A stretch of DNA of 64,000 bases from Spirochaetia bacterium (GTDB taxonomy: Bacteria; Spirochaetota; Spirochaetia; DSM-16054; Sediminispirochaetaceae), in contig JAXHMY010000003.1 of assembly GCA_034520965.1 (NCBI GenBank), positions 64,001 to 128,000 on the forward strand. Direction: 5' to 3'. This document shows, in pieces, positions 51,757 to 63,314 of the stretch; the stretch's first letter is position 1; each line of letters opens with the position of its first letter. The notes below the pieces were generated by a model that searched no databases, was not told the origin of the DNA, and saw nothing but the letters and a program-made list of their open reading frames with translations. The translations under genes and the position numbers were made by a program.

Positions 51757-52484
51757 AGGTATTAGCGATTGATACTTCCACCTCCCTTTTAGGTATAGCT
51801 TTGCAGTCTGAAGAACGGTATTTTGAAATCAACCAGGATGTTGGGCTTCACCATTCAGAAAATTTGCTTACTGAGGTACAGTATATACTCAAAAAAAGCG
51901 AAACTCCTGCACATGAACTAGACCTAATAGTGGTTGCAAAGGGCCCCGGCTCATTTACAGGGCTTCGTATTGGAATTTCTACTGCCAAAGGCTTGTCCTT
52001 CGGCCTGGAAGTACCTGTTGTATCTGTTCCTACTCTTGATATGTATGCTTACTGCTGTAAAATGTACACTCATAAGGTCTTATCATTAATGGATGCTCGT
52101 AAAAACCGTGTGTATGCAGCCTTTTACACACACGGCCTCCAGGAAGGAGAAATTCTCGATATCGCTCCGGCAGAACTCATAGATGAATTCAACAGCTTTC
52201 AGGACATTCTACTTACCGGGCCCTATGCAGGTCATATCTTCGAACTATATTCACAGATAAATGCAGCTGAATCCAGCCTTCCTCCAGCATCTGTTACAAA
52301 TAGTAACCGGGTAAGTATCGATCCTCTGTACGCTGCACCTAAAACGTACGCTCTTCTGAAGCTGGGCATCCGCGCCTTTGAACGCAATGGTGCCGATGCT
52401 GAAAACCAGGGCCCTCTCTACATTCGCCCAAGTGAGGCTGAAATGTCTCTTCAAAAAAAGAGGCATACCGACGAAACTCTATGA
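51753..52484 (+). CDS. tsaB: tRNA t6A biosynthesis protein TsaB
   Basis: LAIDTST, GPGSFTGLRIG, DARKNRVY, PLYIR. Confidence 0.95.
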   Translation: MKVLAIDTSTSLLGIALQSEERYFEINQDVGLHHSENLLTEVQYILKKSETPAHELDLIVVAKGPGSFTGLRIGISTAKGLSFGLEVPVVSVPTLDMYAYCCKMYTHKVLSLMDARKNRVYAAFYTHGLQEGEILDIAPAELIDEFNSFQDILLTGPYAGHIFELYSQINAAESSLPPASVTNSNRVSIDPLYAAPKTYALLKLGIRAFERNGADAENQGPLYIRPSEAEMSLQKKRHTDETL

Positions 52485-53617
52485 ACAATAATAATGCCCT
52501 TAATTCCAGCGACCATACTGACTCGTATATGGAAGATATTGAGGAATTAGAATCCCTCGAGGAGTTAGAGAGTACTGAAACCGAGATAACAACTCCTAAA
52601 ACAATGGAGCTTGAAGCCATAGAATCGGGTAAGTTGCTTTCGCATCCTAAAATCCAGCATATTCAGGAGGCAATGAATACTTACACATTTCCCTCTGTGC
52701 TTCTCACATCGAATTTATATATTCTTTATGAAAACTCATCCTACTCTCGTCTTTTCATAAATCCCGACAGACAATTCCCAAGAAATTTGGCCCAGGATTT
52801 TCCCCATGATCTAAGCACTAAACAGAGCGGCAAAGTTTTTACTTCCCTAGGGAGTGCGAAGGAAAACTTCAGTTTCCGAGGCCGTTTACAGGCGATACAT
52901 CGCAGCCGGCTCGACCAGCTTTTCAACGTAAATATTATTCCAATTTTTACCGATTTATCCTCGCAACCGACAGTATACCAGGCCTTTTTTGACAATGTTA
53001 CTAAAGAACAAAAAGACCTGCTGCATAACACATTCCTCAGCCTTCTCGAAGCATCTAAACTTAAAGATAACGACACCGGAAACCATATTCAGAGGGTCGG
53101 TGAATATTCAAAAATCATGTCCCAGCATCTATTTGACCATGGAATTATTTCCGATATAGGCCCTGAGTTTATCCACAATATTCAATTTTTAGCGCAAATG
53201 CATGACGTCGGAAAAATTGGTACGCCCGATGATATTCTAAATAAAGAGGGCCCTTTGGATAAGCGCGAATGGGAAATAATGCAGGAACATACCATTAACG
53301 GCGCTTATATCATGAGTACTTATCCCCACTCAATGGCCAGAGAGATTGCCCTATTTCATCATGAGCACTGGGACGGCACTGGGTATCCTTACAGCATAGC
53401 CGGCGATATGATTCCCCTTTCATCTCGCATTGTTGCGGTTGCCGACGTGTACGATGCTCTGCGCATGCAAAGGAGCTACAAACCTTCCTTTGACCATCGG
53501 AAAGCAACTGCGATTATAACAGACCAAAGAACCACCCATTTTGATCCTACTTTGGTTGACGTATATGTGAAAATTCAGGATGAGTTTGACAGGCTGTATA
53601 CACAGCTCAAAGATTAG
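52481..53617 (+). CDS. HD-GYP c-di-GMP phosphodiesterase with N-terminal PAS-like region
   Basis: TGNHIQRV, HDVGK, HHEHWDGTGYP, ADVYDAL. Confidence 0.92.
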   Translation: MNNNNALNSSDHTDSYMEDIEELESLEELESTETEITTPKTMELEAIESGKLLSHPKIQHIQEAMNTYTFPSVLLTSNLYILYENSSYSRLFINPDRQFPRNLAQDFPHDLSTKQSGKVFTSLGSAKENFSFRGRLQAIHRSRLDQLFNVNIIPIFTDLSSQPTVYQAFFDNVTKEQKDLLHNTFLSLLEASKLKDNDTGNHIQRVGEYSKIMSQHLFDHGIISDIGPEFIHNIQFLAQMHDVGKIGTPDDILNKEGPLDKREWEIMQEHTINGAYIMSTYPHSMAREIALFHHEHWDGTGYPYSIAGDMIPLSSRIVAVADVYDALRMQRSYKPSFDHRKATAIITDQRTTHFDPTLVDVYVKIQDEFDRLYTQLKD

Positions 53618-53619
53618 TT

Positions 53620-53895
53620 TTATTTTTTCTTGTTTTCGACAGAAATTTCGTTCGGGGTATTTACTCGTTCGCCGGTCTGTGAAAGAAGGTCAATTTCCGG
53701 TAGCTGTGTTCCGGTTTTAGCCGCAGCCTGATTCTCTTGCTGAATTGCAGTAAACACTTCTTGCCGGTACACTTTTATATCACGAGGAGCTTTTATACCA
53801 AGTTTTATTTGGTCCCCCTTAATATCTACCACTGAGATCTCTATCTGGTCACCTATCATGATGCTTTCATCTTTTTTGCGGGAAAGTATCAACAT
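53620..53895 (-). CDS. csrA: Carbon storage regulator CsrA
   Basis: [16 protein letters not shown]...[15 protein letters not shown]. Confidence 0.97.
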   Translation of the reverse strand: MLILSRKKDESIMIGDQIEISVVDIKGDQIKLGIKAPRDIKVYRQEVFTAIQQENQAAAKTGTQLPEIDLLSQTGERVNTPNEISVENKKK

Positions 53896-54344
53896 GCCGA
53901 GTTCCTTACCTGTGACAACTCTTCTATTATTTTATGCCGTGTTTTCCAGTTTTCATTTTCTGTTATGCACTGCCGGCCAATATGCAAATCTCTGTTAATT
54001 ATCAGTGGACCCTGAAGGTTAGCGGTCATTTCACGCTGCTCTTCAGGAATAGTGACAATAGTTAAAATTAGCATGCTATCTTTTGAATCCGGGCTAAGCT
54101 GAATTGGTTCAAGGTCTGCGGGCGATACATCAGGTGAATAATCGGGGCGAAAAATTGACGGATCGATAAGTACAAAAGCAATTTCCTGTACTTCCATGGA
54201 CTGGAGCCAATAAAACGGCTGCTGCAAAGCATCTAAAAGTACATAGTTTTTCAAATTTTCGAACCCCAGTAACCCGTAGGGAAAATGGATCTTCTGTCGA
54301 TCATCTACATCAATTAATCCGTACGGTTTTGTATTAACCTTCAT
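53889..54344 (-). CDS. fliW: Flagellar assembly factor FliW
   Basis: [26 protein letters not shown]. Confidence 0.95.
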   Translation of the reverse strand: MKVNTKPYGLIDVDDRQKIHFPYGLLGFENLKNYVLLDALQQPFYWLQSMEVQEIAFVLIDPSIFRPDYSPDVSPADLEPIQLSPDSKDSMLILTIVTIPEEQREMTANLQGPLIINRDLHIGRQCITENENWKTRHKIIEELSQVRNSAC

Positions 54345-54379
54345 ACTTCATCACCTATCCTTATGGTCTAACTATCTTG

Positions 54380-55625
54380 CTATCTAAGAAAATCAAGCAG
54401 CGTTGGCTGTATAATACGGCCGGCGGCTCCCAAAGCTGCTTTATGAGCCTGTTCAAGTTCTTTCAAATCGGTAATTGCCTTGGTAAAATCAAGGTCCACC
54501 TCTTTAGAGTTTTGCTCCTGAAGTTCCGGCACTTCATGATTAATCCTGCGCAGGGCTACCTGCATTCGCTCATCCTGAGCTCCAAGCTCCGCCATACTCG
54601 ACAGCAATTTGTCCTGCGCCAGGTCAATTCCTTTAAGAGCTGAGCCCCCGATATCAATTGTGTCCCCTGCGTAGAGTCTGTCGCGAAGATGAATAACCAT
54701 ATCAAATAGGGATCCGCCTGAAGAGTTTGCATCCGGTGCGACGTTAAACGGGGGTTTACCAATATCGGTAATTACTCCCAGGTCTTGCAATACGCTCCCT
54801 TCTTCCCCGTCCTGTAAATACAGTTGATGGGGCGAAGTGGTTATTAACGCAAGCGAGTTGTTGACCGGATCGAGACTTGCCTTTACCTGGGCGTTTGAAT
54901 CGTTTATTTTGGCAATAATATTATGGATATTATCACCGGCATTTAATTGAATTTCCTCACCATCTATTTGAATTGAAGTATCGGTGTCTACCACGTAATT
55001 TTGAGCGTTTACTGCAGAGAATATTTGCTGCTGTTCAGCCCACAGCACCTCATTTCCGGAAAAATGCTTTTTCACATAATTCCCCTGTCCAATTTCAACC
55101 ACCGAGGGTTTAATTGAGCCTCGGTATTCTACCTCAGTGACTACCTGGCCGCCCGCCTCCGGTATGGTACCACTCAGCACTCTATAGGGGCTGGTTGATG
55201 TTTTGTCGCCACCGAACATGGTTGTACCATCGGCATTTCTGGCATTGCCTATCTCAATTAATTCGTTCAGTAGTTGATTAATTTCCTGGCCCATGGCCTG
55301 CTTGTCGGACTTTAGTATAGGTATCGTTGGCGCCCTGTACGGCTAATTCTCGCACACGGTGTAAAATACTGTTGGCACTTTTCATGTACCCTTCCGCTAC
55401 CCGGTGCTCGCTTTTAATGCGTTCTGCATTTTTTGCATACCGCTCAAGATGAGTTATCTTCGACATATACCGGGTAGAATGCCCAGCTGCTAAAGGGTCA
55501 TCCCGCAGATTATTTACTCTACTCTGAGTAGCCATCTGGTTATTTAGTTCATACAAGCTTTGATTGCGTTTATTCAGCTGATACTGCATGTCATTAATAC
55601 TCATATTGCTGCTAATTCGTTCCAT
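54380..55625 (-). CDS. flgL: Hook-associated protein FlgL (frameshift near 55305)
   Basis: MERISSN...DDPLAA...RELAVQGANDTY in one fragment; C-terminal IQPTLLDFLR in the other. Confidence 0.92.
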
Positions 55626-55629
55626 CTAA

Positions 55630-57508
55630 CTATACTCCCATCCGGTTAATGATAGTATCCAGCATCTGGTTTACTTGCGAGATATATCGAGAGGCAGCAG
55701 CATACCCGTGCTGAAATTTGATCATCTGTGATAGTTCTTCATCAATGTTTACTCCGGATATTGAATCTTTCAATCCCTTCAGCTCCTGCATAATTTCCTG
55801 CTCTGTTTCGTAGGCCCGATCGGCAGCTTCACCCTTAAGCCCTACCTTAGTAACGGCCTGTGAAAAATAGTCGCTGAAGCCTTTGTACTTGCCAACCATC
55901 ACATCTCCATTACGAAGCTGAGCAATGGCTAAAGCGGCATCTCCGCTCCCGGAATCAGCGACCTCTCCGTTTCGCCCAAATCCGGCGGCGATACTGTCCG
56001 GATCATTTGCAATTGCCGGGTTAAGTTCGGTCCACCCGGCCGGATGTGAGAGCGGTGCAACTGAATAATCAACCCCCTCACCACGAAGTGCGGTTACCGC
56101 ATCCGCCTGTTCCCAATCGTAAGCCCCAGCGGCACCGGTTTCAGTTAAAACTCCGGAATACCCGGCTAAGAACTGTCCAGAATCTTCAATATGACGTATT
56201 ACAAAATCGGGATTTTCCACTTCTGCAGCCGGTGAAGCTTTGAGGTTAAGCCTTCCATTTCTATCTAAACGGGCAACTACTTCGGCTCCAGAGGTATTTA
56301 TGCGGCTTACAAGCTCTTCTACCGTATCTGTTGAATTATAATCAATTTCAACATTCCCTTGAGGCCCCGACAGTGAAACTGTACCCTCTAAACCGATCTG
56401 CTGCTGTGGGTCAAGGCTGTTGCTACCGGTAATCCGAAACAGATACGTAGAATCAAACTCCCCATCCCCGCTTCTATCGTAATTTCCCGACACGTTGTTC
56501 ACAAAAGGCCATTCAGTGAAAAAATCCTGGTTGGTTTGTCCGTTCTTACCGTAGGCATCACGGTGGATACTATTAACCATATCGGTAAAATTAATGGTCA
56601 TCATATCGAGCCCTTGAATTTCCTCTCGAACATCATTATCTCGCAATTCAAGATATCCCGCCAGCTCACCACCACGAGGCAGAAACTCCTCTCCGCTCTC
56701 GCGCCACACCACATCAGAATAGCCTTCGTTTTGTGTATTCGGTTCCGCGGACAGATAATTTGCAACTCGACCCTGCAACAGATGCATCCCGCCGCTGTGA
56801 ATGGTAAACTCATCCGGATCTCGGCCACTGACTGATATATCCACCAATGATGAAAGCCTTGTTACTAAGCCGGTCTCTTTGATCAAGCAGGTCGTTCGGG
56901 TTATCTCCCATCGCTTCTATCTTTACAATTTGCTTGTTGATTTCTGATACTTCGGCGAGGGTGGAATTGATTCTCTGAACGGTACCCTGCACCTCCTGCT
57001 CCAGCATATCTCTAATGTCACGCAACCCTTCATAGCGACGGTGGATGCTATTTATTAAGCTTTTACCACGTTCCAACACAGAATGCCGGGCAGAAGTCTG
57101 TTCCGGATACATGGAAAGCTCCTGCCATGAGTCCCAGAACTGGTCCATCTGAGCCCTCACCGAAATATCTCCCGGCTCGTTATATACCTGCTCCATCATA
57201 AGCACATATTTATCTCGGGTTTTCCAATATCCCTCACCGTTGGCCTGCTTTACAATCCGGCCTTCGAGAATTTCATCGTGGATTCTTTCAATTTTATCGG
57301 CGGTAACCCCCTGGCCTAATTGGCCGGCGGTTTCTTCACGGTTTAATCCCGGCATATAAATCGGGTCAAATGCTTTCATCTCTACACGCTGACGGCTATA
57401 ACCGTCCTTTGCGGCGTTGCCGAGGTTATGCCCGATGGTAGACATTGCTGTAGTGTGGGTAACGAGACTTCGTTTACCCATTTCAATTCCCGCAAAAGTT
57501 GAATTCAT
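55630..57508 (-). CDS. flgK: Hook-associated protein FlgK (frameshift near 56870)
   Basis: STFAGIEMGKRSL...GHNLGNA...GYSRQRV, PNDLLDQRD; C-terminal SGVNIDEE. Confidence 0.93.
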
Positions 57509-57526
57509 TAGGTACCTCCTAACCGC

Positions 57527-58018
57527 TTAGAGCTGATGGTTTACTACCAACGGATCATTATCAGTACTGCGTTTTTTACCCGTTTTTGAATACATTGTTC
57601 CCCGCTTATGCGGAAATATTTCCTGGAGAATATCGTAGATGGTAGTGGAAATACTACGAGTATACGCATCTATCGACCATACTACCCCCTGAAGCTGCAA
57701 AACCTGGCTTTTGAGTTTTCTAAATAGCTCCGACACCTGATCTTGCTCATCCTTCGGCAGCTGAACTACTACAGTGTAAAAACCCGCAGAGGTTTCTGCT
57801 TCCACTTCATTTCGGAGTTTTTCAAATACATGCATCCTCTCTTTTTCAAGAGCCGTCAAGTATCCCGAAAGCTTATCCATCTTCTCCAGTGACTCAGTGA
57901 GCTGTTTCCAGTCATGACGAAAAATACTGGAGCGAATGGTCTCAGCCCGTTCGATGGCAGATGTGAACCCATCGACTTCCTGCTGTAAAATGTGTGATAG
58001 ATGTACCGCCGTTTTCAT
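57527..58018 (-). CDS. flgN: Flagellar export chaperone FlgN
   Basis: Helical 163-aa protein upstream of flgK with C-terminal GTMYSKTG. Confidence 0.75.
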   Translation of the reverse strand: MKTAVHLSHILQQEVDGFTSAIERAETIRSSIFRHDWKQLTESLEKMDKLSGYLTALEKERMHVFEKLRNEVEAETSAGFYTVVVQLPKDEQDQVSELFRKLKSQVLQLQGVVWSIDAYTRSISTTIYDILQEIFPHKRGTMYSKTGKKRSTDNDPLVVNHQL

Positions 58019-58039
58019 CCTTATATACTCCTGTTTCTA

Positions 58040-58066
58040 TCATCGGCCTCGATTATTGAGAGTTTA
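58040..58066 (-). promoter_or_regulatory. Sigma28 (FliA) promoter of flgN-flgK-flgL-fliW-csrA
   Basis: TAAA-N15-GCCGATGA on the minus strand. Confidence 0.85.
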
Positions 58067-58217
58067 ATAAAACTGTAAACACGATCGATTGCTCTGAGAT
58101 GTTCCCTAAGGTCTTACTTTGTACTAAAAATAAGACTTGATTCTAGATAAAAGTTTTCTTATATTAGCAGCACACGAACAAAACACTAAAGTTGTCACTA
58201 TTCTAAGGAGGATACGA

Positions 58218-59153
58218 ATGCAAGTTGATAAGGATCTGATCATAATCGGCGGTGGAGCTGCCGGTCTTAGTGCTGCCCAATATGCAGCCCGGGCCAATCT
58301 GGATGTACTGGTAATTGAGGAGATGGCCGCCGGAGGGCAGTGCCTTATTATCGGAGATTTAGAGAACTACCCAGGATTTCCCGAGCCAATCAATGGCGCT
58401 GAATTTGCTATGCTATTAGAAAACCAAGCCAAGAATTTTGGGGCAGACTTTCTGATAGGAACGGCGAAATCCATTTCTAAAGAGGGTGAAATCTACAGCA
58501 TCGAAACCAGCAAAGGTACATACACCACCTATGCGGTGATACTAACCACCGGTGCGCAGCACCGTAAAATCAACGTTCCCGGAGAAAAAGAGTTTGCCGG
58601 CCGCGGTGTCTCTTACTGCGCCACCTGTGACGGACCTTTTTTCAAGAATAAGAAAATGCTGGTAGTCGGCGGTGGAGATGCTGCCTGTGACGAAGCCGGT
58701 TATCTGGCCAACCTAAGCGATAAGGTCATTATGATCCATCGCCGTGATAAACTCAGGGCACAGCGATCCTTGGCCGAACGAGTAATTAAAAATCCGAATA
58801 TTGAAGTTCGCTACAATACCGAGATTCGTGAGATTAAGGGCGGAATGAAGGTCGAAGGGGTTGTATTGGAAGATAACACCAGCGGCGAAACCTACGAAGA
58901 AGAGATGGATGCAGTCTTTGTATTTATTGGTTCAATTCCCCAAACCTCACTTGTACCTGATGTGAAGAAAGATGAAGCTGGGTATATTGTAACCGATCAG
59001 AATATGGAAACTGAAAAACCCGGTTTATACGCAGCTGGAGATGTGCGTTCATCTCCATTTCGGCAGCTGGTCGTGGCCGCCGGTGAAGGCGCAGTTGCCA
59101 CCCATTGCGCGTCCCAGCGTATCGATGCTATAAAAGGGGAAGCATACGAATAA
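58218..59153 (+). CDS. trxB: Thioredoxin reductase
   Basis: IIGGGAAGL, GVSYCATCDG, GGGDAA, HRRD, AAGDV; ATG after AAGGAGG. Confidence 0.95.
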   Translation: MQVDKDLIIIGGGAAGLSAAQYAARANLDVLVIEEMAAGGQCLIIGDLENYPGFPEPINGAEFAMLLENQAKNFGADFLIGTAKSISKEGEIYSIETSKGTYTTYAVILTTGAQHRKINVPGEKEFAGRGVSYCATCDGPFFKNKKMLVVGGGDAACDEAGYLANLSDKVIMIHRRDKLRAQRSLAERVIKNPNIEVRYNTEIREIKGGMKVEGVVLEDNTSGETYEEEMDAVFVFIGSIPQTSLVPDVKKDEAGYIVTDQNMETEKPGLYAAGDVRSSPFRQLVVAAGEGAVATHCASQRIDAIKGEAYE

Positions 59154-59174
59154 ACTTCTTTTTAGCAGGCGCAG

Positions 59175-60902
59175 ATGGTGCAGAAAGCATCTTTACTAAG
59201 ACATATTTTACTTGCCATTAGTTTCTTTACGATTATAAGCGGGGCCGGCCAATTGTGGTCGGTTCCTCATTTTTTTTCACTCCCCGGTGTTGATACTAGC
59301 AGCACACAGAGCTCCAAAGAACATGCCGACCGGATTCTCGCTTCAATGAGTGATGATGAACTCCTGGGACAGGTGTTCCTACTAGGTTACTTTGGCCGCT
59401 CCCCTTCCACAGAAATTTTAGATTGGATTAAGAACAAGCATATCGGAGGGATTAAAATATTCGGCTGGAATGCGGAGAATCTGCAGGAACTTGCCAAAAG
59501 CGTTGGAATTCTGCAAACCGCCGCAACTGAAAGCAGGCTGAAAATCCCCCTGTTTATAGCAACCGACCAGGAGGGGGGCTGGGTGCGCCATATAAAGGGA
59601 GAGACCTCTATTACCCCCGGGAATCTTGCAATTGGTGCCACAGGGCTTCCCTACGACGCCTATTATACAGGTCTGTACATTGGTAAAGAGCTCAGAGCTT
59701 TGGGCATCAACATGAACTTTGCTCCCACCGTCGATGTCTATGGAGATGCAAACGCCCATGTGATCGGTCCGCGAGCTTTTGCAGAAGACCCGCTAACCAC
59801 TGCTCAACTTGGGGTGGCCTATTATCACGGCATGGAGGACAGCGGAATCGTATGTACGGCCAAACACTTTCCGGGGCATGGAAAGGCCACCGAAGACTCC
59901 CACGGCACGCTTCCGGTAATACAAAGTGACTTTAATGCCCTGTGGGAAGAAGACCTGTTGCCGTACCGCTTTTTATTTCGAGAAGGTTTGCCCGGACTTA
60001 TGAGTGCCCATCTCTCTTTTCCGGAAATCATCGATGCGGAAATCCCGGCCTCTCTATCCCCCTACTTCTTACGCCAGTTAGTACGGGAGGAAATGGGTTT
60101 TGAAGGAATTATAATAACCGATGATATGCGTATGCATGGGGCCCTTCAAAACGGAAACAACATCGCAGATGCGTGTCTCCAGGCTTTAAAGGCCGGTAAC
60201 GACATGATTATGATTTCCCACGATTTTGATATGTATCAACAGACTTGGAACCTTTTGTACAAAGAATTACAAGCAAACCCAAAGTTTAGAACCCAAATTG
60301 AAGATTCCGTACGTAGAGTATTGTTGACAAAGCTCCGCTATTTGAGGGGTCCCGAAGCAGTTCCTCTGAACCCCGACCCGGCAGCAGTTGCCGATTCAAT
60401 TCCCTCGCAAGACAGCCGGGAGTTCTTTTTTAATCAAGCAGGGCGCAGTGTTTCCATTATCAGCGACGGAAATATCCCTCTATCCGGAGAGAACAACAAA
60501 ATACTGTTAGCCGGTCAACTGAATACTTTTCTCTCGGTTGGGCGCAGCTATTACCCGGAAGCCGACACCTACTACTTTCCATACTCACCCTTTTACATAG
60601 CCGACGAACAGCATGTTGCCGAGCTGAAAGCCCGTGCATCCGGCTACGACACCATCATATTTTGCCTTGCCAACCCAAACAGTGCCGATGTTCTTCGCGG
60701 CCTTGAAGAGGTCGATGCCAAAGTGATCGTACTTTCGGTCCTTACTCCGGTATACTTACGCACAATTCCCTGGATAGATACCGGCCTAGCCATTTACGGC
60801 ACCGGGCGCGATTCCTTTACCGCCGGTTTTGCCGCACTTAAAGGTATGATACCCGCTAACGGGAGGGTACCTATCTTTATGCATGGAGAAAAAAGAGAAT
60901 AA
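59175..60902 (+). CDS. GH3 beta-N-acetylhexosaminidase-type hydrolase (exported)
   Basis: DQEGG, NFAPTVD, KHFPGHG...DSH, ITDDMRM. Confidence 0.9.
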   Translation: MVQKASLLRHILLAISFFTIISGAGQLWSVPHFFSLPGVDTSSTQSSKEHADRILASMSDDELLGQVFLLGYFGRSPSTEILDWIKNKHIGGIKIFGWNAENLQELAKSVGILQTAATESRLKIPLFIATDQEGGWVRHIKGETSITPGNLAIGATGLPYDAYYTGLYIGKELRALGINMNFAPTVDVYGDANAHVIGPRAFAEDPLTTAQLGVAYYHGMEDSGIVCTAKHFPGHGKATEDSHGTLPVIQSDFNALWEEDLLPYRFLFREGLPGLMSAHLSFPEIIDAEIPASLSPYFLRQLVREEMGFEGIIITDDMRMHGALQNGNNIADACLQALKAGNDMIMISHDFDMYQQTWNLLYKELQANPKFRTQIEDSVRRVLLTKLRYLRGPEAVPLNPDPAAVADSIPSQDSREFFFNQAGRSVSIISDGNIPLSGENNKILLAGQLNTFLSVGRSYYPEADTYYFPYSPFYIADEQHVAELKARASGYDTIIFCLANPNSADVLRGLEEVDAKVIVLSVLTPVYLRTIPWIDTGLAIYGTGRDSFTAGFAALKGMIPANGRVPIFMHGEKRE

Positions 60903-60904
60903 CC

Positions 60905-61810
60905 GTGATATGGCAGCGGGTCACTCAGGATAATTTTTACGAACTCATCCGATTCATTCTGCCCCATGAATACCTGTGTGTTAATTTTACTTCCAGGCTG
61001 CTGAACAACAAACGCCCGGAACTGCCACCACCCCGGGAAGCGGCCCTTTTTATTGGAAAAGAGGACCCGCCGGATTCTCACGAAGCGATTGGGTCTTCCG
61101 GTACACCCAGCAGGGTTTGTGCGGCGGTGCTGATTACTTCAAAAGGACTTTTAATTCCTGTTCATGAAGAAGGAATAACTCTAACCGCAGACCAGCTGCT
61201 GCCCTTACTCACGCAGATCTACCGTTACGTCCGTAAAATCTACTGCGTGATAGGAATGGAAAATACCGTAAAACAATACGAACCCCATCTTCACCAGGCA
61301 ATAGATACCTATCGTTCCCACTATTTGATGCTTCGACCAAAACAACGCCCTCTTGCACCGCTGTCGATACCGGTAAAAATCCAAATACATCACCTCACTG
61401 AAAAACAAATAAAGCACATATTCCCGCTTGAAAAGGCTTATCAGTATGAAGAGGTAGTGGTGCACCCGGAGCGCTTTAATTCCGCCGCATATATGCTTCA
61501 CTTTCGCAAAGTCGTAAAAAGTCAAAAGGTTCTGTTTGCGAGCCTCAATGGTGTTCCTATCTCCAAAGCAGGAACAAACGCCATCGGCATCAATCATACC
61601 CAGATCGGAGGGGTCTTTACCACACCCGAATACCGGGGACATGGTGTTGCCCGGGCGCTCATGCACCGATTGATTGAAGAGATCCAGGTATCGGACAGAA
61701 CTGCAGTACTGTTTGTCAGAACTAGCAACTCCTCGGCCATTCAACTTTATCGCCGTTTAAATTTTGACATAATAGGTCGTTATCAGATATCCTACACTAG
61801 AGTAGAATAA
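60905..61810 (+). CDS. GNAT-family acetyltransferase
   Basis: QIGGVFTTPEYRGHGVA, N.SAIQLYRRLNF. Confidence 0.88.
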   Translation: MIWQRVTQDNFYELIRFILPHEYLCVNFTSRLLNNKRPELPPPREAALFIGKEDPPDSHEAIGSSGTPSRVCAAVLITSKGLLIPVHEEGITLTADQLLPLLTQIYRYVRKIYCVIGMENTVKQYEPHLHQAIDTYRSHYLMLRPKQRPLAPLSIPVKIQIHHLTEKQIKHIFPLEKAYQYEEVVVHPERFNSAAYMLHFRKVVKSQKVLFASLNGVPISKAGTNAIGINHTQIGGVFTTPEYRGHGVARALMHRLIEEIQVSDRTAVLFVRTSNSSAIQLYRRLNFDIIGRYQISYTRVE

Positions 61811-61821
61811 GCGGGGTAATT

Positions 61822-63282
61822 ATGAAAATTTGTATGATTGCAAGTGAAGCAGTTCCTTTTGCCAAAACCGGTGGATTAGCCGATATTGTAACCTCACTAT
61901 CTAAAAAGTTGTCTCTCCTTGGCCATGATGTGCGAGTGGTAATACCCAGGTATGCATCCATTTCCACAGAAAAACTCACGCCGGCCGCTGCAACTATTTC
62001 AGTCCCCATCCGTTTTACTCAGGAAAAGTGCAAAGTACTGCAAGGCTATTTTCCAAACTCTGAGGTTCCGGTCTATTTTATCGAACATCCAGCCTTCTCA
62101 ACCCGCGTAGGCTATTACGGGGGCAACGGAAGTCATACTTATCGTGACAACCATTACCGCTTTGCCCTTTTAAGCCGGGCGGTATTTCCGCTTTGTCGAA
62201 GCATAAACTGGGTTCCGGACATTCTTCACAGTCACGATTGGCAGGCAGCTTTAGTAAATGCCTACTTGCGGGAGTACGAGTCCGAATCCGAGTTTCAACA
62301 GAGTCGCGGTATTTTTACTATTCACAACATCGGTTATCAAGGCATATTCTCTAAACATGACCTTCACAGCACCCAACTTAGCTGGGAAACCTGCAGCCAA
62401 GAAGTACCGAAAGTCGAAACAGCACTTAACTATATGAAATGTGGTATTCTAAATGCAGATGCAATCACTACGGTCTCGCCGACCTACGCCAAGGAGATAC
62501 AAACTGAAGAGTTCGGCCACGGGATGGAACAACTCCTGCGTGAACGAAGTGCTTCTCTCTATGGCATTTTGAACGGGGTCGATTATGAGGAGTGGGATCC
62601 AAAGACCGATCCTCATCTTCCTAAATTTTATTCAGCCGATGACCTTACTGGAAAAGCGGCCGCAAAAGCGCATTTACAAAAAAAGGTAGGACTTCCGATA
62701 GATGCAGAAGTGCCCTTGATCGGCTTAGTGAGTAGACTTGCCGCTCAGAAAGGCTTTTACGAGCTGTGTGATCCTCATCGGGGAGCATTAAAGCGGATAT
62801 GCCGGGAGATGTCGGTACAAGTAGTTGTGTTAGGTACCGGAGAAGAATGGCTCGAAGAGGAGCTGCTGAATCTCCAGCGCCGGCTTCCGAACTTAAAAGT
62901 AAAAACAACTTTCAGTGATTCCCTAGCCCATCAGATAGAGGCCGGTTCTGATTTTTTTCTTATGCCCAGCCGCTATGAACCCTGCGGCTTGAACCAGATT
63001 TACTCCCTCCGTTACGGCACTATACCGATTGTCCGTGCCACTGGAGGCCTTGCGGACACTGTCGAAAACTACAGCCACGAAACCGGTCAGGGCACCGGCT
63101 TTATGTTCAACGATCTCTCACCGGAGAGTATTTTTCATACCACCGAATGGGCGGTATCTATCTGGTACGAGAAGCCGGAGCATTTTAGGCAGATGCAGAT
63201 CCGTGGAATGAACTCACATTTCTCATGGAAAGATTCCGCAGATCATTATGTGAAGCTATATCAGCGGTTTTTGGACTCTTGA
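61822..63282 (+). CDS. glgA: Glycogen synthase
   Basis: KTGGLAD, HSHDWQ, TIHNIGYQG, PSRYEPCGLNQ, TGGLADTV. Confidence 0.96.
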   Translation: MKICMIASEAVPFAKTGGLADIVTSLSKKLSLLGHDVRVVIPRYASISTEKLTPAAATISVPIRFTQEKCKVLQGYFPNSEVPVYFIEHPAFSTRVGYYGGNGSHTYRDNHYRFALLSRAVFPLCRSINWVPDILHSHDWQAALVNAYLREYESESEFQQSRGIFTIHNIGYQGIFSKHDLHSTQLSWETCSQEVPKVETALNYMKCGILNADAITTVSPTYAKEIQTEEFGHGMEQLLRERSASLYGILNGVDYEEWDPKTDPHLPKFYSADDLTGKAAAKAHLQKKVGLPIDAEVPLIGLVSRLAAQKGFYELCDPHRGALKRICREMSVQVVVLGTGEEWLEEELLNLQRRLPNLKVKTTFSDSLAHQIEAGSDFFLMPSRYEPCGLNQIYSLRYGTIPIVRATGGLADTVENYSHETGQGTGFMFNDLSPESIFHTTEWAVSIWYEKPEHFRQMQIRGMNSHFSWKDSADHYVKLYQRFLDS

Positions 63283-63314
63283 GATTCTTTGAAAATGTAA
63301 ATTTTGAAAGAATC

